Shown here: piece after piece, positions 53,391 through 64,000 of the stretch
Layout: each line of letters opens with the position of its first letter
How positions within the stretch are numbered: the stretch's first letter is position 1
NCBI RefSeq assembly: GCF_004010195.1
Contig: NC_057718.1
Location: forward strand, 58,060,182 to 58,124,181
Source of the DNA: Chiloscyllium plagiosum
Lineage: Eukaryota
Reading direction: 5' to 3'
Length of the DNA stretch: 64,000 bases
The notes under the pieces: model-generated
Databases searched by the model: none
The model's input: the letters and a program-made list of their open reading frames with translations, nothing else
Told to the model about the DNA's origin: nothing
Made by a program: the position numbers and the translations under genes

Positions 53391-53737
53391 GGAACCCTTA
53401 TTTAGAAGGAGGTGGCCACCTGGTTGCCTGGTGGGAATTATTGTCCCTTCAAATTCCTTTTTAATTTATTCTTTCCTTTATCTCTACCTTCTCTTTTGTC
53501 ATTGTTGTGCTGAGCTTTGTGGGCAGTGCTTGTAAATAACCATTTTAATAACTGATTTAGTGGTCATTTATAAAAACATAATAAGAAAGAGCCCCTTTGT
53601 ACGTTGACATTTACCAGTCAGTGTTTTATGGTGACAATTCAAAATACTAACCTAGTAAACATTCTACTTTTACTTGGAATTATTTCAAACAGCACTAAAT
53701 TCCTATTTCCTCATGAGCATTTTGGAGGTAAAATAGT

Positions 53738-55411
53738 CATTTATTGTCACTTGTATTTTTTACAAAAAAAAAATCAGTGAAAAGTTTTGATACCACAGCA
53801 TAAATAAGGAAACCATTCTTAAAAACTTAAGATAAAGCCACTCCTGACTCCTGGGTTTGGGAAAAGACAGTACCGCAGCAAGACTGATGTGTCAAGCCTT
53901 TGAAATATTGGGCTGGAAGACTCTGCAGAAGCTGCCCCAAGAACCAGTTTTCTCGCAGATTCTGGGAAGGAAGACATTGCAAAAGCGACCTGAAGGATTT
54001 GGCACCACTGGATGCTGGGGCAAAACTATCTCAGCGCTGAATTTGCCGTGAACCTTTGCTGGTGCAGCAGCTGGTACTAGGTCCTTGTGCTCACCCTCCT
54101 GCCAGTTTCCTCCTTGATGATTGCAGGGTCCCACTCCGGACTCACCAACCACCTTACCGCCATCCCCCCAGTACCACCCTGGACTCACCAACCACCTTAC
54201 CGCCATCCCCCTATTACCACCCTGGACTCACCAACCACCTCACCGCCATCCCCCTATTACCACCCTGGACTCACCAACCACCTCACCGCCATCCCCCTAT
54301 TACCACCCTGGACTCACCAACCACCTCACCGCCATCCCCCTATTACCACCCTGGACTCACCAACCACCTCACCGCCATCCCCCTATTACCACCCTGGACT
54401 CACCAACCACCTCACCGCCATCCCCCTATTACCACCCTGGACTCACCAACCACCTCACCGCCATCCCCCTATTACCACCCTGGACTCACCAACCACCTCA
54501 CCGCCATCCCCCTATTACCACCCTGGACTCACCAACCACCTCACCGCCATCCCCCTATTACCACCCTGGACTCACCAACCACCTCACCGCCATCCCCCTA
54601 TTACCACCCTGGACTCACCAACCACCTCACCGCCATCCCCCTATTACCACCCTGGACTCACCAACCACCTCACCGCCATCCCCCTATTACCACCCTGGAC
54701 TCACCAACCACCTCACCGCCATCCCCCTATTACCACCCTGGACTCACCAACCACCTCACCGCCATCCCCCTATTACCACCCTGGACTCACCAACCACCTC
54801 ACCGCCATCCCCCTATTACCACCCTGGACTCACCAACCACCTCACCGCCATCCCCCTATTACCACCCTGGACTCACCAACCACCTCACCGCCATCCCCCT
54901 ATTACCACCCTGGACTCACCAACCACCTCACCGCCATCCCCCTATTACCACCCTGGACTCACCAACCACCTCACCGCCATCCCCCTATTACCACCCTGGA
55001 CTCACCAACCACCTCACCGCCATCCCCCTATTACCACCCTGGACTCACCAACCACCTCACCGCCATCCCCCTATTACCACCCTGGACTCACCAACCACCT
55101 CACCGCCATCCCCCTATTACCACCCTGGACTCACCACCTCACCCCCATCCCCCTCACCCCGGACTCACCAACCACCTCACTGCCATCCCCTAGGTCCTGC
55201 TCTGGGCTCAACAGCTGCTGCGACACTTCAGGCCCTAATGAAGCTGCCTCCGTACAGCCTTCTGACAAAGATAAACTATAAAATGGAGAAAAGATTTAAA
55301 AATTTTAAAAAAGAGAAAATATTTGAAAAGAAAGAAAAGAAAAGCCGATGGAGTGGATGAGCCCTGGCCACAGGAACCTGGAAAGTGCCTATTCCACCAC
55401 CACCATCTTAG
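53738..55411 (-). mobile_element. Non-autonomous retroelement hosting the 43-bp array
   Basis: Ends are similar to 14525-15210. Minus strand begins AAGATGGTGG and ends GACAATAAA. Confidence 0.45.
54138..55191. repeat. 43-bp minisatellite, 23 full and 2 degenerate units
   Basis: ggactcaccaaccacctcaccgccatccccctattaccaccct at an exact 43-bp period from 54138. Internal units appear identical. Confidence 0.95.
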
Positions 55412-55509
55412 ATAACAATGTCAGAACAGCAACTCTTTTTGTTAAGGTTTTAAATCCCTGTGCCAAAATAAGCTTTGCTTTTTATGCTTGATATGAAATA
55501 GTTGTAAAA

Positions 55510-55720
55510 GGTAAAGTCATCATTTTCTTACCCGACCATCGAGCTGCCCTGTCAATAGAGAGAAATCTGGTGGCGGTTTAACCTGAGGGTCACCACAACT
55601 CACTCAAGTGAAAAACGTTGAGGAGAAGAGTCCTTCATTGTAACCTCAGCTGGTGCAGGAATTGAACCGACATTTTCTGCATTACAAAGCAGCCCTTCAG
55701 CCAACTGAGTGAACTGTCTC
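55510..55720 (-). mobile_element. tRNA-headed SINE-like repeat (second partial copy at 35410-35530)
   Basis: GGTTCAATTCC B box on the minus strand at about 55658-55668. Body ctggtgg(c/t)ggtttaacctg is shared with about 35465-35485. Confidence 0.5.
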
Positions 55721-55756
55721 CAATTAAGTTGCAGTAAAACATGTTTCTGTGACAAT

Positions 55757-56035
55757 TAGATTCCCTACAGTGTGAAAACAGACCCATTAAGTCCACACTG
55801 ACCCTCTGAAGAATAACCCACCCAGACCCATCTCCCTCTGACTAATGCACCTAACACTATGGGTAATTTAGCATGGCCAATCCACCTAACCTACACATCT
55901 TTAAACTGTGGGAAGAAACCCACACAGACACTGGGAGATTGTGCAAACTCTACACAGACAGTCACCTGAGGCTGGAATCGAATCCCCTTGCACTGTGAGG
56001 CAGCAGTGCTAACCACTGAGCCACCGTGCTGCCCC
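55757..56035 (-). mobile_element. HE1 SINE
   Basis: gcagcagtgctaaccactgagccaccgtgctgccc head, core and tail. Confidence 0.82.
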
Positions 56036-57159
56036 GGTACAAGGAGTGTGTTGTAAATATTATTTACAATGTAACAGTAAATTGAACTGAAGATTTGCAA
56101 ATATCATAATTAGATTGGGCCATGCATATAAGAAATAAAGTTGAATCACAATTGTATTTAGGTCTTACATAAGCTGAGTTGTTTGACATTGAGTACAGAT
56201 CTCAACTTGCAGTGTACTGCATCTGAGAGGACTGCACTTTGAAGGACTAAGCATCTGTCATTATATTATGGTCAAATATGAAACAGTGATGTTAAAGCAC
56301 ATGGAATGCAGGAAGAGAAGGAAGGATTTGTAGATAGGAAATCTGGAAGTAAAGATTCCCCACTGATGTTTTTAAATTTTAATGGCAGTGTTCCTTATGA
56401 ATGGTCTCAACAGGCTTCACTCCCAACAGCCAGGGAGCTTCATAAGTTAGATCGCTATCAGGTTAGAAAACAGACAGGGAGCAGATGGCAGGTAATTCTA
56501 GATGGAACAGGCAGGATGGATGTTGGATACTGCTAGGGTGGGGATGCAGGCATGGAATATTCAACACTGGAGAGAGGGATCAGGTGTTGTGGGGGAACTT
56601 GTCCCCTCAGTGCCTGTTATTCAGAAAATTGAAGAACAATTCCAAAAACTCATGTAATTTCGATCATGAAGTGCCACCAATGACAATGGTATCTTCGACA
56701 GCTGATAGTAAGTTTATTGAATTCGGACATTGCATTGCATTTGCTTGGGGAGCAGCTGGTGCCTTAGCACTAGAATTTGAAACATGCCATGAAGATTGTT
56801 TCGGAAATTGCAATTACATTTAACACCACATATTGAATCTCAACTCATTCGAAAATTCTGATCCAAGAACCCTGGGACCAAACACTCCATTCAGATCTGA
56901 GAAATACATTTTCACTTCCAGGACTGCGTGTGTTAGGGATGGAAGGGATGCGAGGTTAAAATGGGAAAAATCATCAGTGTGTTGGGAAACTAGTTTCCCA
57001 TCACTCACCCACACCCTGTGAGTTTCTGTACTTGACTGCAACTTCCACAGAAGAATGTTTTTGCATGTTGTAATTGTATGGACCTCTACCATTTCCTCTG
57101 GCAGCTCCTTCCATATACTTATCACCCTCTGCATGCTAATTGCTCAATTCAAGAGACAG

Positions 57160-57945
57160 TAATGTAACGTCTGTAATTTAACAGTTGATGCATGGGTTTC
57201 CCATGCTTACTGCAACTAACCATGTGTGATTGAACAGAGGGGCCAAGGTGTGTACGTTTATAGAGTAGTTCATTGAAAGTGGTGTCACATGTAGGTAAGC
57301 TTGTGAAGAAGGCGTTTGGCAAGCTTGTCTTCATTGGTCAGAGCGTTAAGTGGAGGAGTTGAGACATCATTTTGCTGCTGTTCAGGTCTTTGGTGAAGCC
57401 ACTTTTAGAATACTGTGTAGCATTCTGGTCGCCACGCTGTAGGAAGGATGTTGTTAAACCAGAAAGAGTACAGAAAAGAATTTACAAGGATGTTGCTGGG
57501 ACTGAAGGATTTGAGTTATAAGGAGAAGCTGAATAGGCTGGGATTTTTTTCCCTGGAGTGTAGGAGGCTCAGGCATGACCTTATAACAATTTATAAAATC
57601 CTGAGCAGCATGCATAGGGGTGAATAATCAAGGACTTTTCCCCAAGGGAGGGGAGTCCAAAACTAGAGCACATAGGTTTAAAGTGAGAGGGGAAAGATAT
57701 AAAAGGGACCTAAGGGGTAGCTTTTTCACACAGAGGGTTGTGTGTGTATGGAAGGAGCTGCCAGAGGAAATGATAGAGGTGTGTACAATTGCAACATTTC
57801 AAGGCATTTTGACAGGTACATGATTGGGTAAGATTGCGAGGGATATGAGCCAAACACAGGCAATGGGACTGTTTCACTTTCAAATGCCTGGTTGGCATGG
57901 ATGAATTGGATCGAAGGATCTGTTTCTGTGCCCTATGACTCTGTG
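57160..57945 (+). mobile_element. CR1/HER1 LINE 3' fragment
   Basis: ESKTRAHRFKVRGERYKRDLRGSFFTQRVVCVWKELP. A short inverted piece lies at 57055-57135. Confidence 0.85.
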
Positions 57946-58289
57946 AGAACAAACAGCTACATTCTTGTTTGTTTGTGCGAAAGGCTTTGTTCATAATGCT
58001 TGCACTGAGAAGTTGTATGTCAGAACGCCACCTTGGAGTTCAGTGTTCGTGTGTGTTCCACTGGGTCTCAGATGACGACCAAGATGACCAGCACCAAAAA
58101 CAGCAAAAACAGCAGCAGAAAAACACTAGCAGGAGCAGCAGCAGCAGTAACAAATTGAGCAACAGTCTGCTCCTCACAGAAATGTCACTCCATGTGAGAC
58201 AGAGAGATGGAGAGAGAGGAATGGGCAGAGAGAGAGGTGCAGCTCAGAGGACACCAGACCCTCAAGTGGCAACTTCTAATGGGCAAAGC

Positions 58290-58540
58290 TCCCTCACATT
58301 TTGGTCCAGCAGTTTCTCATGAGGCTCAGTGTGCAAGGCCAGGTGCTGCCTGCCTGCACTGGCTCTACTCCTGAAAATCCTGAAGATCACCCTGCTTTGC
58401 ATAGCAACATCACAATTGCTCTGAATTTTATTGCATCAGGCTCTTTCTAGAGCTCTGCTAGAAACATTTGAACATCTCTGAGTCATCAGTCAACAAACAC
58501 ACAAGACTAGTGAGCGATAGCTTTTTTCACCAGAGCTTGG
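58290..58540 (+). mobile_element. Harbinger (HARBI1-like) transposase fossil
   Basis: About 58409-58530 translates, with a stop and a frameshift, to ITIALNFIASGSF*SSARNI...ISESSVNKHTRLVSDSFF, resembling the Harbinger transposase HTH region. Confidence 0.6.
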
Positions 58541-60329
58541 TAGTTCTTTCAGAACTGTGATGCCAATCGGCATGCAGCTCTGGCTGACTTGCCTTGTGTT
58601 ATTACAACCAGACCCGAGGTTCCCTCATTCATAGCAGCTCCAGACAGGATATCCCAACCTATTCAGCTCCAGCGTGAGGACCGATGAATTAACTTCCCTT
58701 CTGTATTCACTACTTGGTTTGTTGCAACAAATTAATTTTAAAAGGAGCCTTTTTTTTTAGTGGATACCTTTCTCCCTCGACGCAAATGAACTTTTGTTTT
58801 AAAAGGAGCAAATTTAACCATGCTTTCTTGAATTAACAAAAAGCAAATTTATTAATTACTAAGCATGAGAAGAATTACTTATGTTACATAAAGGTTATAG
58901 AGACACAGTCTCTGAATGATTTGTAAGGAGAAGGTAGTTGAACATTGTGGCCATTGTAGTGAAGGGTGCCAGTAGGGTTTGTGCTGGTAGATGAACAGTT
59001 GGCATCACAGTCTTATTCTTGCAGATTGGCTGTGATTCTGTCATTCTGATGCCTTTCTACCATGTTTGAATTCCAGCATTTCCAAGTGAAAGAGAGAGAG
59101 AGATGTCTTTGTTGCCTTACTTTGTTTCTAACTGGTTTTCAACACTCAGGGTTAGAGTTAGTCATTATCTGTGTCACAAGGGTAACTGGGGAATAGTTCT
59201 TCAAGTGTGATCTTCAATCACACTTGCATAAGCCCAGCAGGCACACATGAGAGTGTTCAGTCCCACTAGTCCACTCCAGTAGAATTGAAGTTGAGTTTTT
59301 AACCCTTCTCCTTATGTAGTCCTGGGGGATAGAACTGATATGTCCATAAGAGGTAGCTTACTGCTGAGAGGGGAGAAATGTCAGCCCCCTTGTTATCTCA
59401 TGTTAGGTCACTCCCTGTTTGAAGTTTCCCTGGCAATTAACACGTGGGAAACAAATTTATATTCAAACAATGCAGCAGTGCTTTGCAATCTCGTGGAGTA
59501 TCAGATTTATCTGGATCTCTGATCCACCAGTTTCCAACATAAAGGCAAGGGTATCACCAACTAAGCCATGGCTGACACCATAAAGTATAAGTATAGCTGC
59601 AAGTTAAGTGATGTGAGGGATGATGAGCTGAATTAGCTTTGAAAAGGCATTGATAGGGTTGGGGTCAATGCCACAAATATATGGGGGCATAGGAGTAAGG
59701 GACATGAGAGTGAGGAGGTATGGACCAGGAGCTGGAGGCTGAGCTCTGGGAGCTGGGAATTGGCTGAGAGCTGTGGTTTTGGTGCAAGGCTCCAAAATTC
59801 GAGGTCCAGAAGCAGGTGAGTAAAGCCAAGGAGGGGGGCGAGAAATGTGATTTAAGGAGTGGATGCCCAAACATTTTGCCAAGACTGGGTGTCAGCTAAG
59901 GCTGGAAGAGTTTATTTGCCAATCCTGGGAAGGGATGTGGCCAGCTGCCCATTTGGTCTGGGGTAATTGTGGGCTAAAGGAAGCTGCAAGGGGCCTGAGG
60001 GAAGACAGCAAGGCCACAAGCAGCCAACACAGGGAAAAGGAGTCTACAGTAGGATTGTGAGGTAATGACAAGGGCTGGGTGTAGACTGAGGGGAGGCAAA
60101 TGAACTTGGGTGAGACAGGCAGGCTGCAAGTGGCTGGGAGAAGTTGAGGAGGCTGCAGAGAAGAGAGACCATTTTCAAACCTGTCAATAATGTTGCAGGT
60201 AGCTAACTGGGAGTGAGGAAAACTTCAAACCACTGAGGTAAGGAATTATTTACAGGTGAATGTGGCATCTTTAGCTTAAGGTTGCAGATATTCAGATGGA
60301 GAAATATAATGAATGCTGTAGTAATACAC

Positions 60330-60455
60330 ACATAGAACATAGAACATAGAACAATACAGCACAGAACAGGCCCTTCGGCCCATGATGTTGTGCCGAACAC
60401 TTATCCTAGCTTAAGCACCTATCCATGTACCTATCCAATTGCCGCTTAAAGGTCA
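60330..60455 (-). mobile_element. CR1-type 3' tail
   Basis: (catagaa)3 followed by caatacagcacagaacaggcccttcggccc. Confidence 0.65.
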
Positions 60456-60795
60456 CACAGTGTGAATTATTCAATTTAAATCTGAAATTAAGATCTGAGA
60501 TGCAGTAAAAAGGGTCCTAACTGGTTAAAATATTCTAACTTCATGAATATGCATTGGAAACACATTTGTTATGGCCTGACCTGTCTGTGGAAAATATGTT
60601 TAAGGAGATGAACTATTGCGTGCAGAAGTATGTGAGAGTTATTTTGACAACAAAAAAAAGTTGCTAACTCATTTATGTTGTTTTGTGCTTATTTAAGTAC
60701 TGTGGTAGCTAGGAAATTAATAATCTCTGTGTGTGTGGTTTTAAATTTAATGAATTTGATCATTTTTGAGGATATTGATGAATTTACATAACTCT

Positions 60796-60903
60796 GGGCG
60801 GCACGGTGGCACAGTGGTTAGCACTGCTGCCTCACAGCGCTGTGGACTTGTTGGGCCGAAGGGCCTGTTTCCACACTGTAAGTAATCTAATCTAATCTAA
60901 TCT
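60796..60903 (+). mobile_element. Internally deleted HE1 SINE (head fused to tail)
   Basis: Head 60796-60840 is joined directly to the tail 60841-60903, which ends in (aatct)4. Confidence 0.8.
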
Positions 60904-61044
60904 GCTTCAATATTATTCCGAGTAATTTTTCCTGTCAACACAAATAATAAGTAACTGTGCTATGTAATAGAGGACTGAGTAAGAATGAGAATGTAACACC
61001 TGAAAATCAAAAGTAGCCCTCATGAGACATTTTGAAAAATATAC

Positions 61045-61165
61045 GGTAAATGTTTTAGTGTATTTACATGGTGAAGGTGAATGTTTTAGTGTACTTGCTT
61101 GGTTAGGATGAATGTTTTAGTGTATTTGTCTGGTCAAGGTGAATGTTTTAGTGTATTTGCCTGGT
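61045..61165. repeat. 31-bp tandem repeat x4
   Basis: aatgttttagtgta at 61049, 61080, 61111 and 61142. Confidence 0.88.
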
Positions 61166-62439
61166 TCATTGAACCCATTTCATTCACTTATTGCTTTTGC
61201 TCTCTTAGGATTCACGAGGATTCCTCTCTTTTTCAGTGATACGGCCCATAATTTAATTCTTGTCCTTCCAATTCACAATTCTTATTCAACTTAAGGCCTG
61301 ATTTCAGTAATGCTATCAGATCTACATTATGTGTGATCAGCTCCAACTTTGTAGTGCTGTGTATATTACTCCTTGTTTTCTTTCTAGGATTTGAAACATT
61401 TCACTTTCAAATATTTTTGGGGCTGATGATATTCCAAAAGTTAGGCAATTAAAAAGCAAAACATCCCAAAAAGTGTGAAGAATGTGATTAACAGTTTTAA
61501 TTCATAGTCTAAGAGTATATTGCCAAAAACTCAGTATTCATTTCATTGTCTCAGTGGTTTTCAACCAGGCCATCTGAGTTTCACTGTCAGATTCTTCCTT
61601 TCATTGGCAGAAGTTGTATTTCCCTGTGGCCCCTTATAGCATCACATTCAAGGAGACCTCACTAATGTATGAAAATAAGATTGCATATATATTAATAACA
61701 TGGCAATCTATAATGTATCACTGATATCAGCAGTCACATGCTATTGAGTGTTTGAGAAGAGAGGATGGAATAATCTGTGCCAGAGAGTTGTATTACAGAG
61801 GTCCAAATCATGCTTGATGAGTAAATAAAAAAGTTGCTGGAACTTCCAAAAGTCAAACAGTAGTTACTCCTTGCGAAGGCAGAGTCCTAGAGGCATCATA
61901 ATAGGGGTAGAGGCAGTCTGAGCTAAGGGATCAGTCTCTCTCAGCTGTGTGGGCTAAAACCTCAAGTTCCAAATCTCATGGCAATTTAGCCATGAGGTCT
62001 AATCAACTAAGGGTTGTATTAGTAAAGGCCAATTAAAAACGAAAACAATGATGGAGTTTTAAATGTAATCATAAGTTGGATTTACAGACCAGAATCTATG
62101 AGAATAAAGTCAACAGCAAGCTTCAGGGGAGGCATTGGAAGAGTAACTGAAGTCAGAGGTGTACTGAAGCGCATGTGATGATAGCCCCAAATGAGCACCA
62201 GTTGAGTCACAGCTCCTGCCACTGCAGAAGGTCAAATGAGGGGTCAAAGTTGGGAATTGTAGAGGGAAGCAGTTGCAATGAATTAAACAGATACGTGGAA
62301 AAGCAGAAGCATGGAATTGGTATGTTCCTTGGGTCTATAACTAGTGATGTATTCATGTGGCAGAAGGGAGAGGCCACTGCAGATATCAGGATGGCAGCAC
62401 ACTCGTGCTTGAAGGAAGTTAAAACATGGAAGTGAAATA

Positions 62440-64000
62440 ATAACACCCATCAAAGAGCTAACACAGAGTGGTGTTCAGGGCTTGCCATGGTTCCCAAGCT
62501 GAATGGTGAGTTCAGGCTATGTGTACACCACAGACAATCAAATAAAGCAATCTATCTGGAATTCTACCCAGTTCATCCACCTCAGGCAGATAGGCTGGTG
62601 AAACTAGCCAATGGCAAACCCTTCACAAAGTTGGAGACTGACAGCAGTTTATGGAAAATACCCATGGACTACGAATCGAGGTTGTTAATCACCTTCACAT
62701 CTTTTGGGAGAGATTGCTTTAATTGCCTAACTTTTGGAATATCATCAGCCTCATAAATATTTCAATGTGCAATATATCAAATCCTAGGAAGAAAACAAGG
62801 AGTGATATACATGACACAATGGAGCAGGAGCTGATCACAGATAATGTAGCCCTGAAAACATTAGCATCCTGATATCTACAGTGATCTCATAAGTACGTCA
62901 TTGAAAGCAAGCTTGATATTGGAATGAGAATTGTGAATTTACAAGGAAGCTACTTAGATTTTGGGCCAGGTCTCTGAACAATCGCAATCGTAAATTTCCA
63001 CAACCAAAGACCGTCAACAAAATCCAGCAGTTTCTAGGAATGTTCAGCCACATTGTGAAATTCATGCTAAATTTGGCTATGATCACACAGTCTTTTGGGA
63101 TCAGTTGAGAAAAGGTCAACAGTGGTTTTGGAGTCCAGTGCAGATGACAACGTTTTGGAAAACAAAAGATAGCTGACTTTCTTCAGATGTGCTTGTTCAC
63201 AGTGGTGGCTGTAAATGTGTTTTCAATAGGATTAAGCACATAACTCATTTAGGTACAGGATAATAGTGTAAGAATGCCATACCACTTTACATCGAGAGTA
63301 TATTGAAATAAAACAAAATTATGTAACCACAGAGAAGGACGTTTTGGCAGTAACATGGGGTTGTGAATATTTGCCATAGATTTGATAGGATTGAAGTTTC
63401 AAACTGAGACAGATCACAAACCATTGGCTACATATTAGGTTCCAAAGAGATAGTCAAAATACTATTACATTTCCAGATGTTCAGACTTGGGTTAATGCAT
63501 TACAATTACAGCAGTCTATGGAAAAGTGAAGACTTTGACCACAGCTAACATACTTTTGAGAGCTACATTGGATCAATATGAAGCAAATGATTTAGTCCTC
63601 ATTGAGGAAGTACAAACATTTTCTTTCCGAACTTCTGAGAGGAAGTTCCAGGAAACTCAAGAAGCACAAAAAGCAGATAGAGAATGCATCTAGACCACGA
63701 AATTCTGCCCAGGAGGTCGATCAAAAATCAGTTCAGTGAACAAGCACTTACACAGATATAAGGAACAAATGAAACATTTGATCATAGTAATTTTCAAGGT
63801 TTCAATCAGAGACTTGAAGCACAAAAACCTAAGAGGGAAAAAATTGTTAGCAAAATTGTTAAGTGTAGAGCTTGTGCACAGCAGTCTGTCCAATGGCTGT
63901 AATACGTGCATCATCAATAGTTAAACACCACTAGAGTCCATATTATCTTCCAGTCTCCCAGGAAGGTCTTTATAAAGATTGGGGCAAGACACACTCGACA
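62440..64000 (+). mobile_element. Gypsy pol remnant (RT, RNase H, start of integrase)
   Basis: VPKLNGEFRLCV; TFGISSAS; IQQFLGMF; TEKDVLAVTWGCE; TDHKPL. Heavily disrupted. Confidence 0.75.

Noticed and set aside
54138..55191. CRISPR-like regular array
   Set aside because: Units are contiguous with no unique spacers, there are no cas genes, and the context is eukaryotic.
54056..55360. Three long Pro/His/Thr-rich ORFs (368-434 aa)
   Set aside because: Artefacts of a stop-free 43-bp tandem repeat; the same peptide cycles through all frames.
57969..58322. 117-aa ORF with Q/S runs
   Set aside because: Low-complexity CAG-rich sequence next to the Harbinger fossil; no intact domain.

Overview
Vertebrate genomic DNA, most likely from a shark: HE1-type SINEs, HER1/CR1 LINEs and shark-type Penelope repeats are recognisable, but the species cannot be fixed from the sequence. 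The only host gene I can support is CCDC85A. Its CpG-island promoter and first coding exon (24399-25350, + strand, phase-1 donor) are followed by an intron that runs past the window end. The rest is mostly transposon debris: many CR1/HER1 fragments, HE1 SINEs, L2 remnants, an APE-RT LINE family with a tRNA-like 5' head, a decayed Rex1/Babar element with nested insertions, three Gypsy remnants, Harbinger Myb/SANT and transposase fossils, and several minisatellites (30, 43, 23 and 31 bp units). The most striking structure lies about 1.4 kb upstream of the CCDC85A ATG. It is a young Penelope-like insertion (22226-23017) with a perfect 14-bp TSD and 247-bp inverted arms, each arm carrying an intact minimal type I hammerhead ribozyme. 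Smaller TSD-flanked relatives occur elsewhere in the window. I found no wholly new coding system. The findings are unusual architectures of known element classes plus gene-structure observations. Family assignments come from motif recognition, not database searches.
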